64,000 nucleotides of DNA from the human T2T-CHM13v2.0 reference genome, Homo sapiens (GCF_009914755.1 NC_060942.1), one strand, 5' to 3'; numbered from the stretch's first letter, positions 1 to 21,120 are shown. Notes: generated by a model from the sequence alone, not told the origin. Translations and numbers: made by a program.

Positions 1-585
1 AAATAAAATACAAAAATAAATAGAAAAAGAAACAGCCACACATGGACCAGAAAGTTGAGCCTCTGGTGACTTGACTTCAGGTGCTGCGGCAGGCAGGTGG
101 CCCAGGGAGTAACTGGGGAGTGAAAATGAGAATGCAGCACATGGACCAACTCCTGTTGAGCCTCTTAGCAAAAGCCAGCCCTGTCCAGTAGAGCATTTTC
201 CAACTGTTGCAAAAATTACCCTATGAACACCTCTCTCCCCAGAGTTCAAACTCGCACCTTTGATGATACTGCTTCCTGCTGCCATTGCCTATTCTGATGT
301 CAGAGCAGCCATTCCCATGGAAAATGGAATGGAAAGCTAAATGGAGAGTGAGTAGGGGTTAAGACTTCTCTAAAATACCGCGGCTGCCAGGCAATTTCAT
401 TAAGGAGAAACAGAGATGGACAATGTCATAAACATTCTCCAGCCATCAGAAGAAACCACTTCCAGGAAAAGTAAATTTTGTGGTCGTAAACACTCACAGC
501 AAGGGCCAGGCCACAGGCAGCGTGGCACTGGCAGAGAGCAGTGGTTGAGGTGAAAGTCACCCTGGGGCCCAGGTCTCAAACTTAC

Positions 586-958
586 CCTGGCTAGACTGAA
601 CCAGAACATTTTTCCGTTTCTTTTCCGTAAATTAATGTTTAAAAGTTCCCCTCCCCACATAATCCCAATCTCACTTTCAAGAGATAATGCTATCTCTTCA
701 GTGTATATTTCTTCCGGTTGTATTATGCATATAAATCTCCAGACCATATGGACACACACACACATATGCACACACACGTATGAATATTATACACATACAT
801 GTGTACAGATATCTTTTATACATGTATACACACAGGTGTACACATATGTGCATATGTGAGATCATGCTGAGCTCACCGTTTTCCAGTTCCTACTTTCACT
901 TCACAATAGCTCTTGGCCATCTTCCACCACAGTGTATTTAGAGTGACTCTATAAATAG
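586..958 (-). promoter_or_regulatory. Candidate minus-strand promoter / alternative first exons of an unidentified gene running off the left edge
   Basis: CTATAAATAG at 949-958 is a perfect MEF2 CTA(A/T)4TAG site and is TATA-like on both strands. Two near-consensus minus-strand splice donors: AACG|GTGAGC (exon end 877) and CAGG|GTAAGT (exon end 586). No transcript evidence available. Confidence 0.35.
751..858. repeat. (CA)/(TA) degenerate microsatellite
   Basis: gacacacacacacatatgcacacacacgtatg... alternating purine/pyrimidine tract. Confidence 0.9.
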
Positions 959-2525
959 AACGATTTCTAATGCACCTTTCAGATTTCAACTCTTTAAATA
1001 AATGCGACAAGGGCACATCTCGTGGTCCAAGGTCGTGACTGCTAAGGCCCAGAGAACACAACAAATTTGCTGGCTTCAGCCGTGCTGACCTGCTGGAAGA
1101 TGGGTACAGGCTCCTAAGTGGATGCTGCCATTTGTGCGCCTCCCAGCCACGCACCCCACCCTCATATACACACTATCCCTCGAGGAACATTTACCTTCCT
1201 TCCCGCCCCAGGTGTTTGTGACTTGGTGGGTAGTGGGTGACAGAGATGCACCTGTGTCTTCAGAACACAGGCCACTGAAGGACAGCAGGCCCGGGGCTGG
1301 TGGGGGCCTGAGCATGCCCTCCCTCACCAGGCTGACCAGGCTTGCATGCAGTGGGGCAGAGGCAGTGGAACTATCCAGAAAACATGCCCATCCCCCCGCC
1401 CAAGCCATCACAATGGGAGCTGAGTACAGGGTCACTAGGACAAAGAGTGAATGGAACCATCTTGAAAACAGCGGTGATGTTTCCTGTCTCCGCTGGCACA
1501 GGCCTCCGTGGAGCCCACGTTCTTTTCACAGAGTTCAAGTTGCTCAAAGAAATAAGGAGAGGCCACTTGTGAGCAGTGGTCCTCCAGGTGAAACCCAGAG
1601 GGCGTCGGGATGCCCACAGGTTCCTCAGGAAACTCATGCGGGGAGACATGGGGGTGCCAGGGACACGCCTCCACCCCACCATGGCTGCCCATAGCAGGGT
1701 CCGTGGCAAAGGGACCAGGTGGCCCATGGGTTAGTGGGAGCAGATGCCCAACCACCTCCTCCAGGCCCCACTGCCCCCTTGGGCCACCACAGAGACCTCC
1801 AACTTCTCCATCCTCTCTGTCTCTCCCTCTCTCTCCCCACTTGCTCTCTTCCTCAAGGGCCCTTTCCCTGTCAACTACCACTGGCACCCGGCTGGAGGAA
1901 CAGGGCAGGTTTGCCTGTTAGTACCTGCGGCAACTCATCCCCCAGCCCCTATCTTTGAGGCGATCCCATTTTCCTCCTGTATTCCCTGAGCTTGACACAG
2001 CTGAATGTGGAAGACCCCAGGGCAACAAGAGGCTTGGGAAGGAAGGTCACACTGGAGTCGTGGGGGAAGGGTCACCCAGGCACAGGTACTCAGCATAGAC
2101 TGCAGATGCTGGCCAGCCAGTCCTACACCCAGCTTACTGCAGAGGCACGACCACACTTCTGCTGCAAGGCTGGGGGAGACTCTGTGGTTTCGGTGAGGAA
2201 GAGGACAAGGAGGTGAGCGAGCCAGGAACAGCCCCCGCATGTCTCTTATCACGCCTTCATTCCCCTCTCCCCGCAGCACTGAGCTTCTGTGTTTTCTTTC
2301 CCCCAAGACTGTTCTCTCGGCTGCTGGTGGCAAAGGAGAGGGCTGCGGGGGAAGGAGAGAGAAAGGGGGGACCCCAGATGATCCTCCTATTCCCTAAGCT
2401 CTCAAAGTCTTCAGATATCTACAGCTTTGCTGCTCTAACCGCTCATTGTGAAAAGAATGAGTCTTATACTTGAATACAACCCTAAAATCAAAAGAATGAC
2501 ATCTAACCCGCTGTTCACCATAAAT

Positions 2526-3947
<1,422 letters not shown>

Positions 3948-4029
3948 CAGAAAAAATAATTTTAATGGTGCATTATTTTCCCATCTTGAGAGAAGAGTGA
4001 AGACTTAGCACTTGACCTGAAAGCTTAGC

Positions 4030-5925
<1,896 letters not shown>

Positions 5926-6344
5926 GATGTGCAAGAGAGTTCAAGAACTTGAAAAAAGTTCAAGGGATCAGTAATGTATACACTCAGGAAAATTTTTAAA
6001 AGCTAGAAAGATCTGATAGTAAAAGGAGAGGCAAAAAAACTGGATAACCTGGAAAGAAAATGAGCAAATAAAAAATCATTTACATTACGATACCTGGAAG
6101 GATAGGTGGGCGTTGTCAGAAGGTGGAATACTGAAGTGTAAGATTTCGAAAACACTTCTGCTAGTGTAAGTGCTGGCCAGTTCTGGGGTGGTCATGAGTG
6201 GGGGTGGATTGAGTAAATTGGAAGTGAAGGTCACTGGGATTCAGATCGAGGAACTGATCTGAGGTTGCTGGATAGGTTGCTCAAATGGCTATTCAAGTCA
6301 TCAGATGAACAGGAGAAGTTGAAGTCAAAGGGAAGACGTTGCAG

Positions 6345-6500
6345 TGAGTACAGTGGCACGTGCCTGTAGTCCCAGCTACTAGGGAGGCTGAGGCAGGAGG
6401 ATCCCTTGAGGCCAGGAGTTCGAGGCTGCAGTGAGCCATGACCACTCCTGTGAACAGCCACTGCACTCCAGCCTGGGCAACATACTGAGATACCCCACAT
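6345..6500 (+). mobile_element. FAM (fossil Alu monomer)
   Basis: Single monomer retaining the 7SL-type insert cctgtgaacagccactgcactccagcc that dimeric Alus lack. Confidence 0.8.
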
Positions 6501-6509
6501 TTTCAGTGA

Positions 6510-7085
<576 letters not shown>

Positions 7086-7429
7086 GGTCTCGACAGGAAG
7101 ATGACAGACATAAGAGACCATAATGCTGGGGGTTAAAAGGTGGAAGAGAAGCAGGAACCAGATCTGAAGTCCTTTGTATTTCATGCTGAGTTTTGTAATG
7201 ACCCTCTTGGCAATTGGCAGACTTTGAAGGAGGTCAGGCCAGGGCATGACAGAATCAGATTAATGTTCTGGAAAGATCTGTCTGGCTGCAGAGTCAGACG
7301 GGAATGAATGGTCTGGAGGCGGGAGGGCCCTTCAGAGCCTCTTGCAACAAAGAGGGACTGATAGTGGGCAGGCGCCTACACCTCTGCTTTGGAAAGGAAA
7401 TGGGGCAGGTGGCAATGTCGGAAAAGGAG

Positions 7430-7990
7430 CCCAGGACGGCACAGCCTGCAGGAGCCGCAGCCGCCCCATGGGGACAGTTCGAGCTCACCCGGTCCCTAGG
7501 CAAGAGAGCACAGTCCTGGCCACCTAGCCCAGAGGGCATAATGGGCCCAGCGAGAAACCCTGGGGCCCCCGCGCGGGGACTGCTCGAAGTCCGCCCGGGG
7601 GCCTTGGGAGCTGGGTGCACCCCTTAGAGGAGCCCGGCTTCGTGGGCCCCAGCCTGGCCTTGGGTCTCCCTTCGCCTTCTGAGCTCGGGGCCGGCCGGGA
7701 GCTGGGTACCCAGCAGAGGGCAGCACAGGCTTGCGTTCGTCCCGGTCTGAGCGCCGTCTGCACCTGCCCGGGGCCCTGCAGCTGCGCAGCGCACGGAGCA
7801 GTGGTGCGCTCTCACCCACCCGCGAGCTCCCACGCACATCCAGGTCCTCCCCGTCCAGCTCGTGGCTCAATACAATACCTAGAAGGCCTGGGGGCCCTCA
7901 GGAAGACCGAGGGACAGCAGCCAGGGCGGCTGGGATGACAGCCAGACTCGGGCATGCATCAACAGGCCAGGACAAGTGGCCGGCTCCCTC
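7430..7990. promoter_or_regulatory. CpG island
   Basis: GC-rich, CpG-dense non-Alu stretch (cccgcgcgggg, gctgcgcagcgcacgg, cccgcgagc) in a CpG-depleted background. Confidence 0.75.
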
Positions 7991-8874
7991 CTCTCCCATG
8001 CCCATGCCTGTGATGCTGCCAAAGGGCAGAGAAATATCAAAAAGCTCCACCGAATGTCCTGGGAGGGAGGCCCCTGCCTTGAGAACAGTCAACCAGATAC
8101 CCATCTGGGGCCCCTGGGGCAGGGGGCAGGGCACGGAAGCAAAAGCGTTTAGATTCTAGCGGAGTTTTGAAAACTACCCACCCAGCAGGGAAAAACAAAA
8201 AGGACTGAAATCCTGGCAGGGAGCTTCCCTGACTCTGGCCTCTCCAAACTGGATGTCAAATCATGAATAGAGGTCCCTAGGTCCCTCCTACTCTAGTTTT
8301 TTGTTTTTATAATTGCGGCTTTTTTAACTATTATTTTTAATTCTTGTAAAACATAACATTTGCCATGTTAACCATTTTTAAGTATACAGTTCTATTTTGC
8401 ATTGTTCCCACTCTCGATTTTTACTGGGATTTCTCACGTACAGAATGAGACACTGAGAAACACTATAAGGAAAAGACAGACCTGGAGACTGAGGAAAGTA
8501 CATTGGGAATTCTAAGGTGGGCGTGAGAGGTTTTGCAGCCGCTGTGCCTTACGAACTTTCCAGGGCACCTCTGTCGTGAGGGCTTCCACTCTGTACATCC
8601 GTCATGCCACCCTCCACGCCCTCCCCATACACAGCCCAGACAGAACCCATGGCTCATCTGGGAGTGGTCAGTGAGCACCCCAAAGGGATCCCTGCCCATA
8701 TTCAGAAACGGGAACAAGGCTATTTGAAAACTTTGCAATGTTATGGCAGAAATAATCTTTGCAGGATGTAAATGAAAAGTTCCAAGCAATTACGACAAAT
8801 TTTTGAGCAATTAATGCACTGGGTCTTTAGCCTTCAATGAGCTGGAAAGCTGAGCAAGACAGAACTTGAACCCC

Positions 8875-9502
<628 letters not shown>

Positions 9503-10584
9503 AGTCCGTCAACTTTGAATAATGTCAGAGTCACTGGTCTTGGGGACCTAGAATTGCCCTAAATCTCTCCATTTTGACAGTAAAATTTCACATGAATACT
9601 TTAACAAGGCTTATCAATGCAACCACAGGCTGTCTACGTGCATTCACCAACAATCCTCTTTCCACCAGTCCTTCTGTTTCAGCCTTAGTACACACACACA
9701 AAAAATTTAATGTTGCCAAAGGACTTGAGAAAATCCAGAATGTTTTCATACACACATGTCTTGGGATGTGCTGCCTATGGAAGACCTTCCTTTGCCTGTC
9801 CCTTCTCCTTCATCCTTGACTTTGCTGTCCAGCTCTTTAAGGGACTTGAGCCTGAGAGCACATGGCCAGAGAGAGGACAGCCCAGGGAGGTGGTGTTATC
9901 TCTTGATAACACCAGAAGAGCAGAGAGCAAAAGTAGAACCGGAAGTGTGGTCTGGTTTTCCTTTTTCCTGTACTTGGATTTTAAAGAAGCATATGAGCTC
10001 TTATATTTCAAGCTAGTGGTAGGTAGAAAAGAAAAAGTTTTGAAAACAATGTTATTTCAGGTGCACCCAGCAGCTGTGCACACCATGACTTTAACCTCTC
10101 CTTTCTTTCACTCCATAGCTGACCTTCTCCCTCAACCTATACCTACTGCATTTTCACTGGGGAAGCAGCGTGAGAAGGAAACAAGTAGCCATGCTAATTG
10201 GTGACAACCCACATCTATTTATTTATCATCACTTAGCTATACTTATCAGAGAACAAAAAATATAGTCTTTCATGCCCAGCACTGGATCAATTTGCAGCTG
10301 AGGCATTTATGCTTATACACTTTCCTTTTTCCCTTTGTTATCTGTTCATTATTTTCATTTGTATATACAAGTGGGTGATATTTGATTGCACTTTGAGGCC
10401 GAAGCATTTCAACAGATGTTGGATAATAAGGAAGAAAGAACACAGAGGCCGCCCTGCCTGCTGCTCAGGTGGGCTGTGTTTGTATCTGGTTCTTTCAGGA
10501 TCTGTTTCATTTTTCAGAATATTGTCAAGGTTCACATGGCCCAGTGCAGCTGCATTTGGTGGCTTTTAGAAGTTTCCCAGTCCC

Positions 10585-10869
10585 AGCCGGGTGCGGTGGC
10601 TCACACCTGTAATCCCAGCACTTTGGGAGGCTGAGGTGGGCAGATCACTGGAGGTCAGGAGTTCTGACTGACATGGTGAAACCCCCTCTCTACCAAAAAT
10701 ACAAAAAATTAGCCAGGCATGGTGGCGTGCACCTGTAATCCTAGCTACTCAGGAGGCTGAGGCACAAAGAATCACTTGAACCCAGGAAGTGGAGGTTGCA
10801 GTGAGCCGAGATTGCACCACTGCATTCCAACCTGGGTGACAGAGTGAGACTTGATCTCAAAAAAAAAAA
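10585..10869 (+). mobile_element. AluS with a small internal deletion
   Basis: Dimeric Alu with poly-A; ggagttctgactgacatggtg lacks the gagaccagcctgg segment. Confidence 0.95.
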
Positions 10870-11084
10870 TGCAATCCCTTTTTTCAGGGAGTAGGCCAGT
10901 GAGGAATCTTATCCCAGCACTCATCAGTTAAAACCAACTATTTTTGGCTTTCTCAGCAATGGGTCAGATTTTGCAGAGGGAATAGGATATGAATTCTGTG
11001 TTTGGGGGGGTGTCACTCTTCTGGGGGTTTTCTCCTCGCATCCTATTGGATCAACGTCAATGTCCATTTCCATTCCCTCAGACC

Positions 11085-11430
11085 CGGTTTTTCTACGTTG
11101 GCATGACTGGCATCCGGAGGCCCGATAATTTCTTGTTGCTGGGAGCTCTCCTGAGAATCGCGGGATATTTTAGCAGTATCCCTGGCCTCTGCCCCCTAGC
11201 TGCTAGTAACACCAACTTCCACCCCTCACCTCCAGTTGTGACAGCCAAAAATATCTCCAGACATTGCCAAACGCTCCCTGGGGGAACACAATTGCCCCTG
11301 TTTGAGAATCACTAAGGTAATGGGTAGAAGCCAGGGATTCTGCAAAGCATCCTCCAATACACAGGACAGCCCCCCATAACACAGAGCATCAACCCAAAAC
11401 GACAATAACTCTGAGGTTGAGAAACCTTGC
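11085..11430. mobile_element. MER20 (11085-11313) plus an inverted MER20 fragment (11321-11430)
   Basis: cagttgtgacagccaaaaatatctccagacattgccaaa and atccctggcctctgcccc; the second piece carries the reverse complement (tgggtagaagccagggat...gaggttgagaaacct). Confidence 0.8.
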
Positions 11431-11868
11431 CCTGTTTAACTTGGCAGAAGTCGAGTTTTTTGGATTTTGCAACCTAACAGATTCCTAATACATCCCTCAA
11501 TAAGATTTTTTTGCCCTGATACAATCAAGGAGATTGAAAGAATTCTGTTAAAGATAAACACTTTGAAGAGGGAACATGTGCTTATCCTAAACCTGGGGCC
11601 ATCTGACACTTTGTAGAGATGTAGCAAACCCCTTCGAAGGGAAAGGGGAACTGACCAGTGGGATGCTGAGGTTGTGATAGGCGATGTGACAATCTCAGTG
11701 GTGACCCAAGAGGCCACCTTTCCCCTTCCACGGTTTCTGTAAAGAGTCTCCCACTGGGGACTTCACAGCCACAATATTAGGAGAGGGGGCAGCAATAAAT
11801 CCAACAATTCATGCTGTGAGGAGGAAGAGTCCAGCTGCTCAGTGTCCTTGGGTCAGATCTGGTTCTAG

Positions 11869-12363
<495 letters not shown>

Positions 12364-12389
12364 CAAGAACTCTTATCTTGTCCTTGTTC

Positions 12390-12900
12390 TCACCTTACAA
12401 AACCCACTATTCTGCTATTTCCCAGTGGGTTACAAGACAGAATAAGAACACTTAAGATAGTGATACCAATGCTGGAGGTTTCGGTCAATCTCTCAAAATC
12501 AAGAGGATGATCAAAAGTGGGGAACTGTTAAATCAAGTTTAGCCTAAATCTGCCTCCTTACATATTTAAGTTCAGCCTACAGGTTTCTCTGTACATAATG
12601 AACTATAACCTAAATGGAGGTGTCAACAGACTGTAGCCTACTCTTGTGCCAACCACCTAGTTTCGGTCAAAGGGGGCTAACTGTTCAAACTACTCAAATA
12701 AGGTAAACACGAGCTGTAACCAATCCGGATGTTTCTTACCTCACTTCCATCTCACTTCCATCTCCTGTAAGTCCATTTCCATTTTCTGTCTATAAATCTT
12801 CTACCACACAGCTGCGCTGAAGTCTCTCTAAACCTACTCTAGCTCAAGAGGCTGCCCGATTTGTGAATTGTTCCTTGCTCAATTAAACTCTGTTACATTA
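12390..12900 (+). mobile_element. ERV1 MER57 3' LTR (12526-~12900) with adjoining internal 3' end and polypurine tract
   Basis: PPT aaaagtggggaac directly precedes TGTTAAATCAAGTTTAGCCTAAA; TATA tataaat at 12791; ATTAAA poly(A) signal near 12882. Confidence 0.85.
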
Positions 12901-13283
<383 letters not shown>

Positions 13284-13724
13284 TTACTAAACCAACACGA
13301 GAAACAGTTTCACCAGAGGCAGCCAAAAAGAACTAATTCGATGCACTTTGGTTGTTTTGAAATCCATTTTCCATTCTCAGTGATTGCCATAGCCAAGGGT
13401 AGCTCCCAGTGGCCCTGCATGGCCCACCCAGTTGGTAGCTGAATGGATTTCAAAGGGCTTCCGCTGCTTTCTAGAGAAAGAAACCTGTGCGGCTCCCAGG
13501 CCTCAAACTGTCCATAGCTCAGGAAAGTCCTGGGAATGCCCTCCTCGCCCCCAAGGTGGGGAACACATCAAGATACACAGCTCCCATTCGCACATGCAAA
13601 CTCCCATGGCTGAAAGAGTCCTTAGTCCTTGGCCTTATAGGGATTGATGTTATGGAAGGATTCCATATTACAGAGAATTTCCTCTGCTTGATGTCGTTCA
13701 GTCTCCTTGCTTCAATTTCCCAGG

Positions 13725-15034
<1,310 letters not shown>

Positions 15035-15251
15035 CGGCTGCAGTCTTTTCTATGCACAGCTCTTGCTGCTTCCTGACATGAGACCTTCTCAGCACTTTCT
15101 GCCCTTTCCTGAGAAACTTTTTCCCCTCAACAATGAAATATGTATACTGAATACCCACTCCATGCCAGGCACTGTGCTAGCTGGTAGGGGACTAAGATGA
15201 ATAACTTCAGGAAGCTGAACAGGACACATACCCCTTTTGGGGTTTAAATGT

Positions 15252-15646
15252 TTATATGGTTTGGATGTGTCCGCTCAAAATCTCATGTTGAAATGTGATC
15301 CCCAATGTGGTAGGTGGGGCCTAGTGGGAAGTGCTTGGGTGATGGGGGCGGATCCCTTATGAATGGCTTGGTGTTGTCCTCACAGGAATGAGCAAGTTCT
15401 CACTCTATGAGTTCACATGAGATCTGATTGTTTGAAAGAGGCTGGCACCTCCTCCTCCTCTTGCCATGTGACAGACTGGCTTCCTTTGGCCTTCCGCCAT
15501 GATAAGCTTCCTGAGGACTCCCCAGAAGCAAATGTCAGCCCTATACTATCTGTACAGCCTGCAGAACTGTGAGCCAAATAAACTTCTTTTCTTTAAACAA
15601 TCTAGCCTCAGGTATTTCTTCATAGCAACACAAAAAGACTAACACA
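15252..15646 (+). mobile_element. MSTB-like MaLR solo LTR
   Basis: atatggtttggatgtgtcc...aaaatctcatgttgaaatgtgatcccc ... catagcaacacaaaaagactaacaca. Confidence 0.9.
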
Positions 15647-15669
15647 AATATATAACTTATGTAATTTTT

Positions 15670-16527
<858 letters not shown>

Positions 16528-16744
16528 TATTTTCATGTAATCATCAGCTTGAACCTCAATTGAAATAATCAATTCTATCAAATTAGAAACGTGCAGGTTT
16601 ACAGAGCACCCACTTGGGCCCTAGCTCAGCTCTGAGCAGCCTATTTTCGACTCTAAGAGCTGCAGGTGAAGATGAACTTCCCAGAAGCGTCCTTCTGGCC
16701 GGGGTTGGGGCTGTCCTGGAGCTGTGAGGGGCCATGCTGTCTTC

Positions 16745-17225
16745 AAAGACAGGCTGGAGGAGAGACCAGCAGACATCACCTTAGTCATATGGCTAAAGTA
16801 ACATCACCAGTAATGAGACATGTCAACATCACATGCCCCTGATGTGGCCTGCTAAAGAGAGCACAACCTCACTTCTGAGATATTCTTGCAAAAAGGCATA
16901 ACCTCCATCTAATCATGTGAAAACATCAAACTCAAACTGAAAGACGGTCTGCAGAATAAGTGTCAGGGGTCAAGGTCAGGAAAGAGAGGAACTGTCACAG
17001 GTAGGAGGAGGCTAAGCAGACAAGACAAGCGACTACACGCGCCATGTGTAGTTGAGATCTGGGAACACAAAAGGGACATTCATGGAAAGACTGGTAAAAC
17101 CCGAATAAAGTCTGCAGTTTAGTAAAGAGGGCTGTCCTGATGTTAAGATGCTAACTTTAGGGGAATTTAGGTGGAGGGTAGATGGGAACTCTTTTGTAAG
17201 CTTTAAATCATCTTAAGATAAAAAG
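16745..17225 (+). mobile_element. L1MC-type LINE 3' UTR
   Basis: aacatcaccagtaatgagacatgtcaacatc...gcataacctccatctaatcatg...gaataaagtctgcagtttag. Confidence 0.75.
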
Positions 17226-17250
17226 GCTTTTTAAAAAAAGCTTCAGCTGG

Positions 17251-18478
<1,228 letters not shown>

Positions 18479-19134
18479 TTAACTCTTCACCACCACGACT
18501 GACACAGGCACAAGAACCCACCTGCCTCTCCAAGGCCCTGAAAGCCCACCCGATGTCGCTTTCCACACTCCTATCCTACATCCTCCTCTAATCCTCACAT
18601 TGACTTGATTTCACCTATATTCAAATACTGGGGAGGAAAAGAAGGGACGATGTGAGCCCTCCAGTCCTCCCTGTCACCCTGCTCGTGGACTAATCCTGAG
18701 TCATTTTTCACAACTGTATTCCTTGCCGGTGTTGAGGCAAATAAGTCCGCCTTTACCTAGAACATACAGTTCAATACCAAATTGTTTACAACAGTTTTAT
18801 TGCTCCAGACTTTGAGGGAGGCTTTGAAGAACTGCCTGTACCTTGTCCTAACTCTATTACTCAGATTAATGGTCGGCCAGCGTTCCCTTTCTGGTCAGTC
18901 ACTTCCAGGGGATTTTGCAAAGACTCATGGGTTAGTATTTGGAAAGAACTTAAACTTCCTCATAAATAAAAATTCTTATAGCTGAAAATTCTGATGCCTT
19001 ATAATGAGTCCTTATAAAATTCCAAGGCACTTGAAAATGTACATTGCTCCCAAGCATCGTTATTACTTATATGCATAAGCAGCTACCATTAGGAACACAT
19101 ATGATGTGATAGGCAGTGAGTTATGCTCAGTATG

Positions 19135-19501
19135 TGCGTTAGTCCGTTCTCACACTGCTATGAAGAACTACCTGACACTGGGTAATTTATGAACAAAAGA
19201 GGTTTAATAGACTTACAGTTCCACAGGCTGTACAGGAAGCATGGCTGAGAGGCCTCAGGAAACTTACAATTATGGCAGAAGGCGAAGGAGACGCAAGCAC
19301 GCCCTCACAATGGCGGAGCAGTAGAAAGAAGAAGGGGAGAGGTGCCACACCCTTTTAAACCGTCAGATCTCGTGAGAATTCACTCACTATCACGAGAACA
19401 GCAAGGGGGAAATCCGTTCTCATGATCCAATCGCCTCCCACCAGGCCCCTCCTCCAACTCAACATGAGATTTGGGTGGAGACACAAATCTAAACCATATC
19501 C
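19135..19501 (-). mobile_element. MSTA-like MaLR solo LTR
   Basis: tgcgttagtccgttctcacactgctatgaagaactacctga ... gagatttgggtggagacacaaatctaaaccatatc. Confidence 0.9.
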
Positions 19502-19606
19502 TTATGCATAGGATCTCATTCAGCTGAACCCTGTTGCTGCATCGATGTAGGGAGATAAAGATCACCTGTGCCCTGGACTTCCTGAGTCACTGGTTGAAAA
19601 AGAAAG

Positions 19607-20215
<609 letters not shown>

Positions 20216-20842
20216 CAAGGAGCACACTTGTTTTTGCACCTTCTGGGAGGACTGAGGCCACCAGCAGTGGATGGAGCGGACAGAACTCCCAGGCACTGTG
20301 CCTGGCCCAGGGCAGGAACTCAAAATGCAAATGGATGGCATTTCTTTTAATTATCGCAAAGTGAAATGAGCCGTTACTGGAGATACCAAGCATGGGTCAG
20401 GGAAGCAGAAATTGATATTGATAATGCAGGGTTCTCTGCTCTTCCGTCGTTGTAGCTAAAACATGCACAGTATTGACAGAGGCTGGAATCAGCTCCTGAA
20501 ATCAAGCCCTTTCTTTGGCTATTCTCTGCCTCCTCAAGTCCACAGCTTCTTTCCGAAAGAAGCCCAGTTGTCTGGGTTTGAAGGCCCTGAGCACCAGGAG
20601 CGCGTTTGGGAGATGTTATCGGAGTGCTCTCTGTCTCACCCAGAGTTTCCCGGGAACACTGTCGAACACTCCTCAGAAGTACATTTATGGTTTGGCTCAT
20701 TTTCAGAGAAAAGGACATGAGGGAGCAGAGTCAAAGAGTCAAAAGAGCAGACTTTCGACTGTGGGAACCAGAGTCACTAAGTACAGAGTAACACAACTTG
20801 TGTTACTGATGCTCGAGACTCAGCGGGGCCTTTGCACGTGAA

Positions 20843-20861
20843 TAGCCACCAGGTGGCAGTG
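20843..20861 (+). promoter_or_regulatory. CTCF motif
   Basis: TAGCCACCAGGTGGCAGTG fits the CTCF core CCASYAGRKGGCRS; lies in unique sequence. Confidence 0.7.
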
Positions 20862-20885
20862 TTATTCTCTCGAAAGGCTAAAGGC

Positions 20886-21120
20886 TGTGTGTGGCATGTG
20901 CCTGTGTGTGTGTATGCCTGGTGGTGGTGTGTGTATAATGTGCAGTGTAGTGTGTGTGGTGTGTATGTGCGTGGTGTGTGATTATGTGCATGATGTGTGC
21001 GTGTGATGTTGTATGTGTGTGGCATGGGGTAAGGGGTGTGTATATGGTGTGTGTGATTCAGTGTGCGTGTGTGAGGTGGTGTGCATGGTATATGGTGTGG
21101 CATGTGGCCTCTTGTGTGCA
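20886..21120. repeat. (TG)n-rich low-complexity tract
   Basis: gtgtgtggcatgtgcctgtgtgtgtgtatg... for ~230 bp. Confidence 0.95.

Noticed and set aside
1122-1694. Longest ORF (190 aa) and overlapping ORFs at 1-2.4 kb
   Set aside because: GC-rich DNA open in several frames on both strands, no recognisable domain, non-ATG start and no exon structure.
7294-8159. Stack of overlapping ORFs in the CpG island
   Set aside because: Stop-codon depletion due to GC content; Arg/Pro/Gly/Ala-rich with no homology I recognise.
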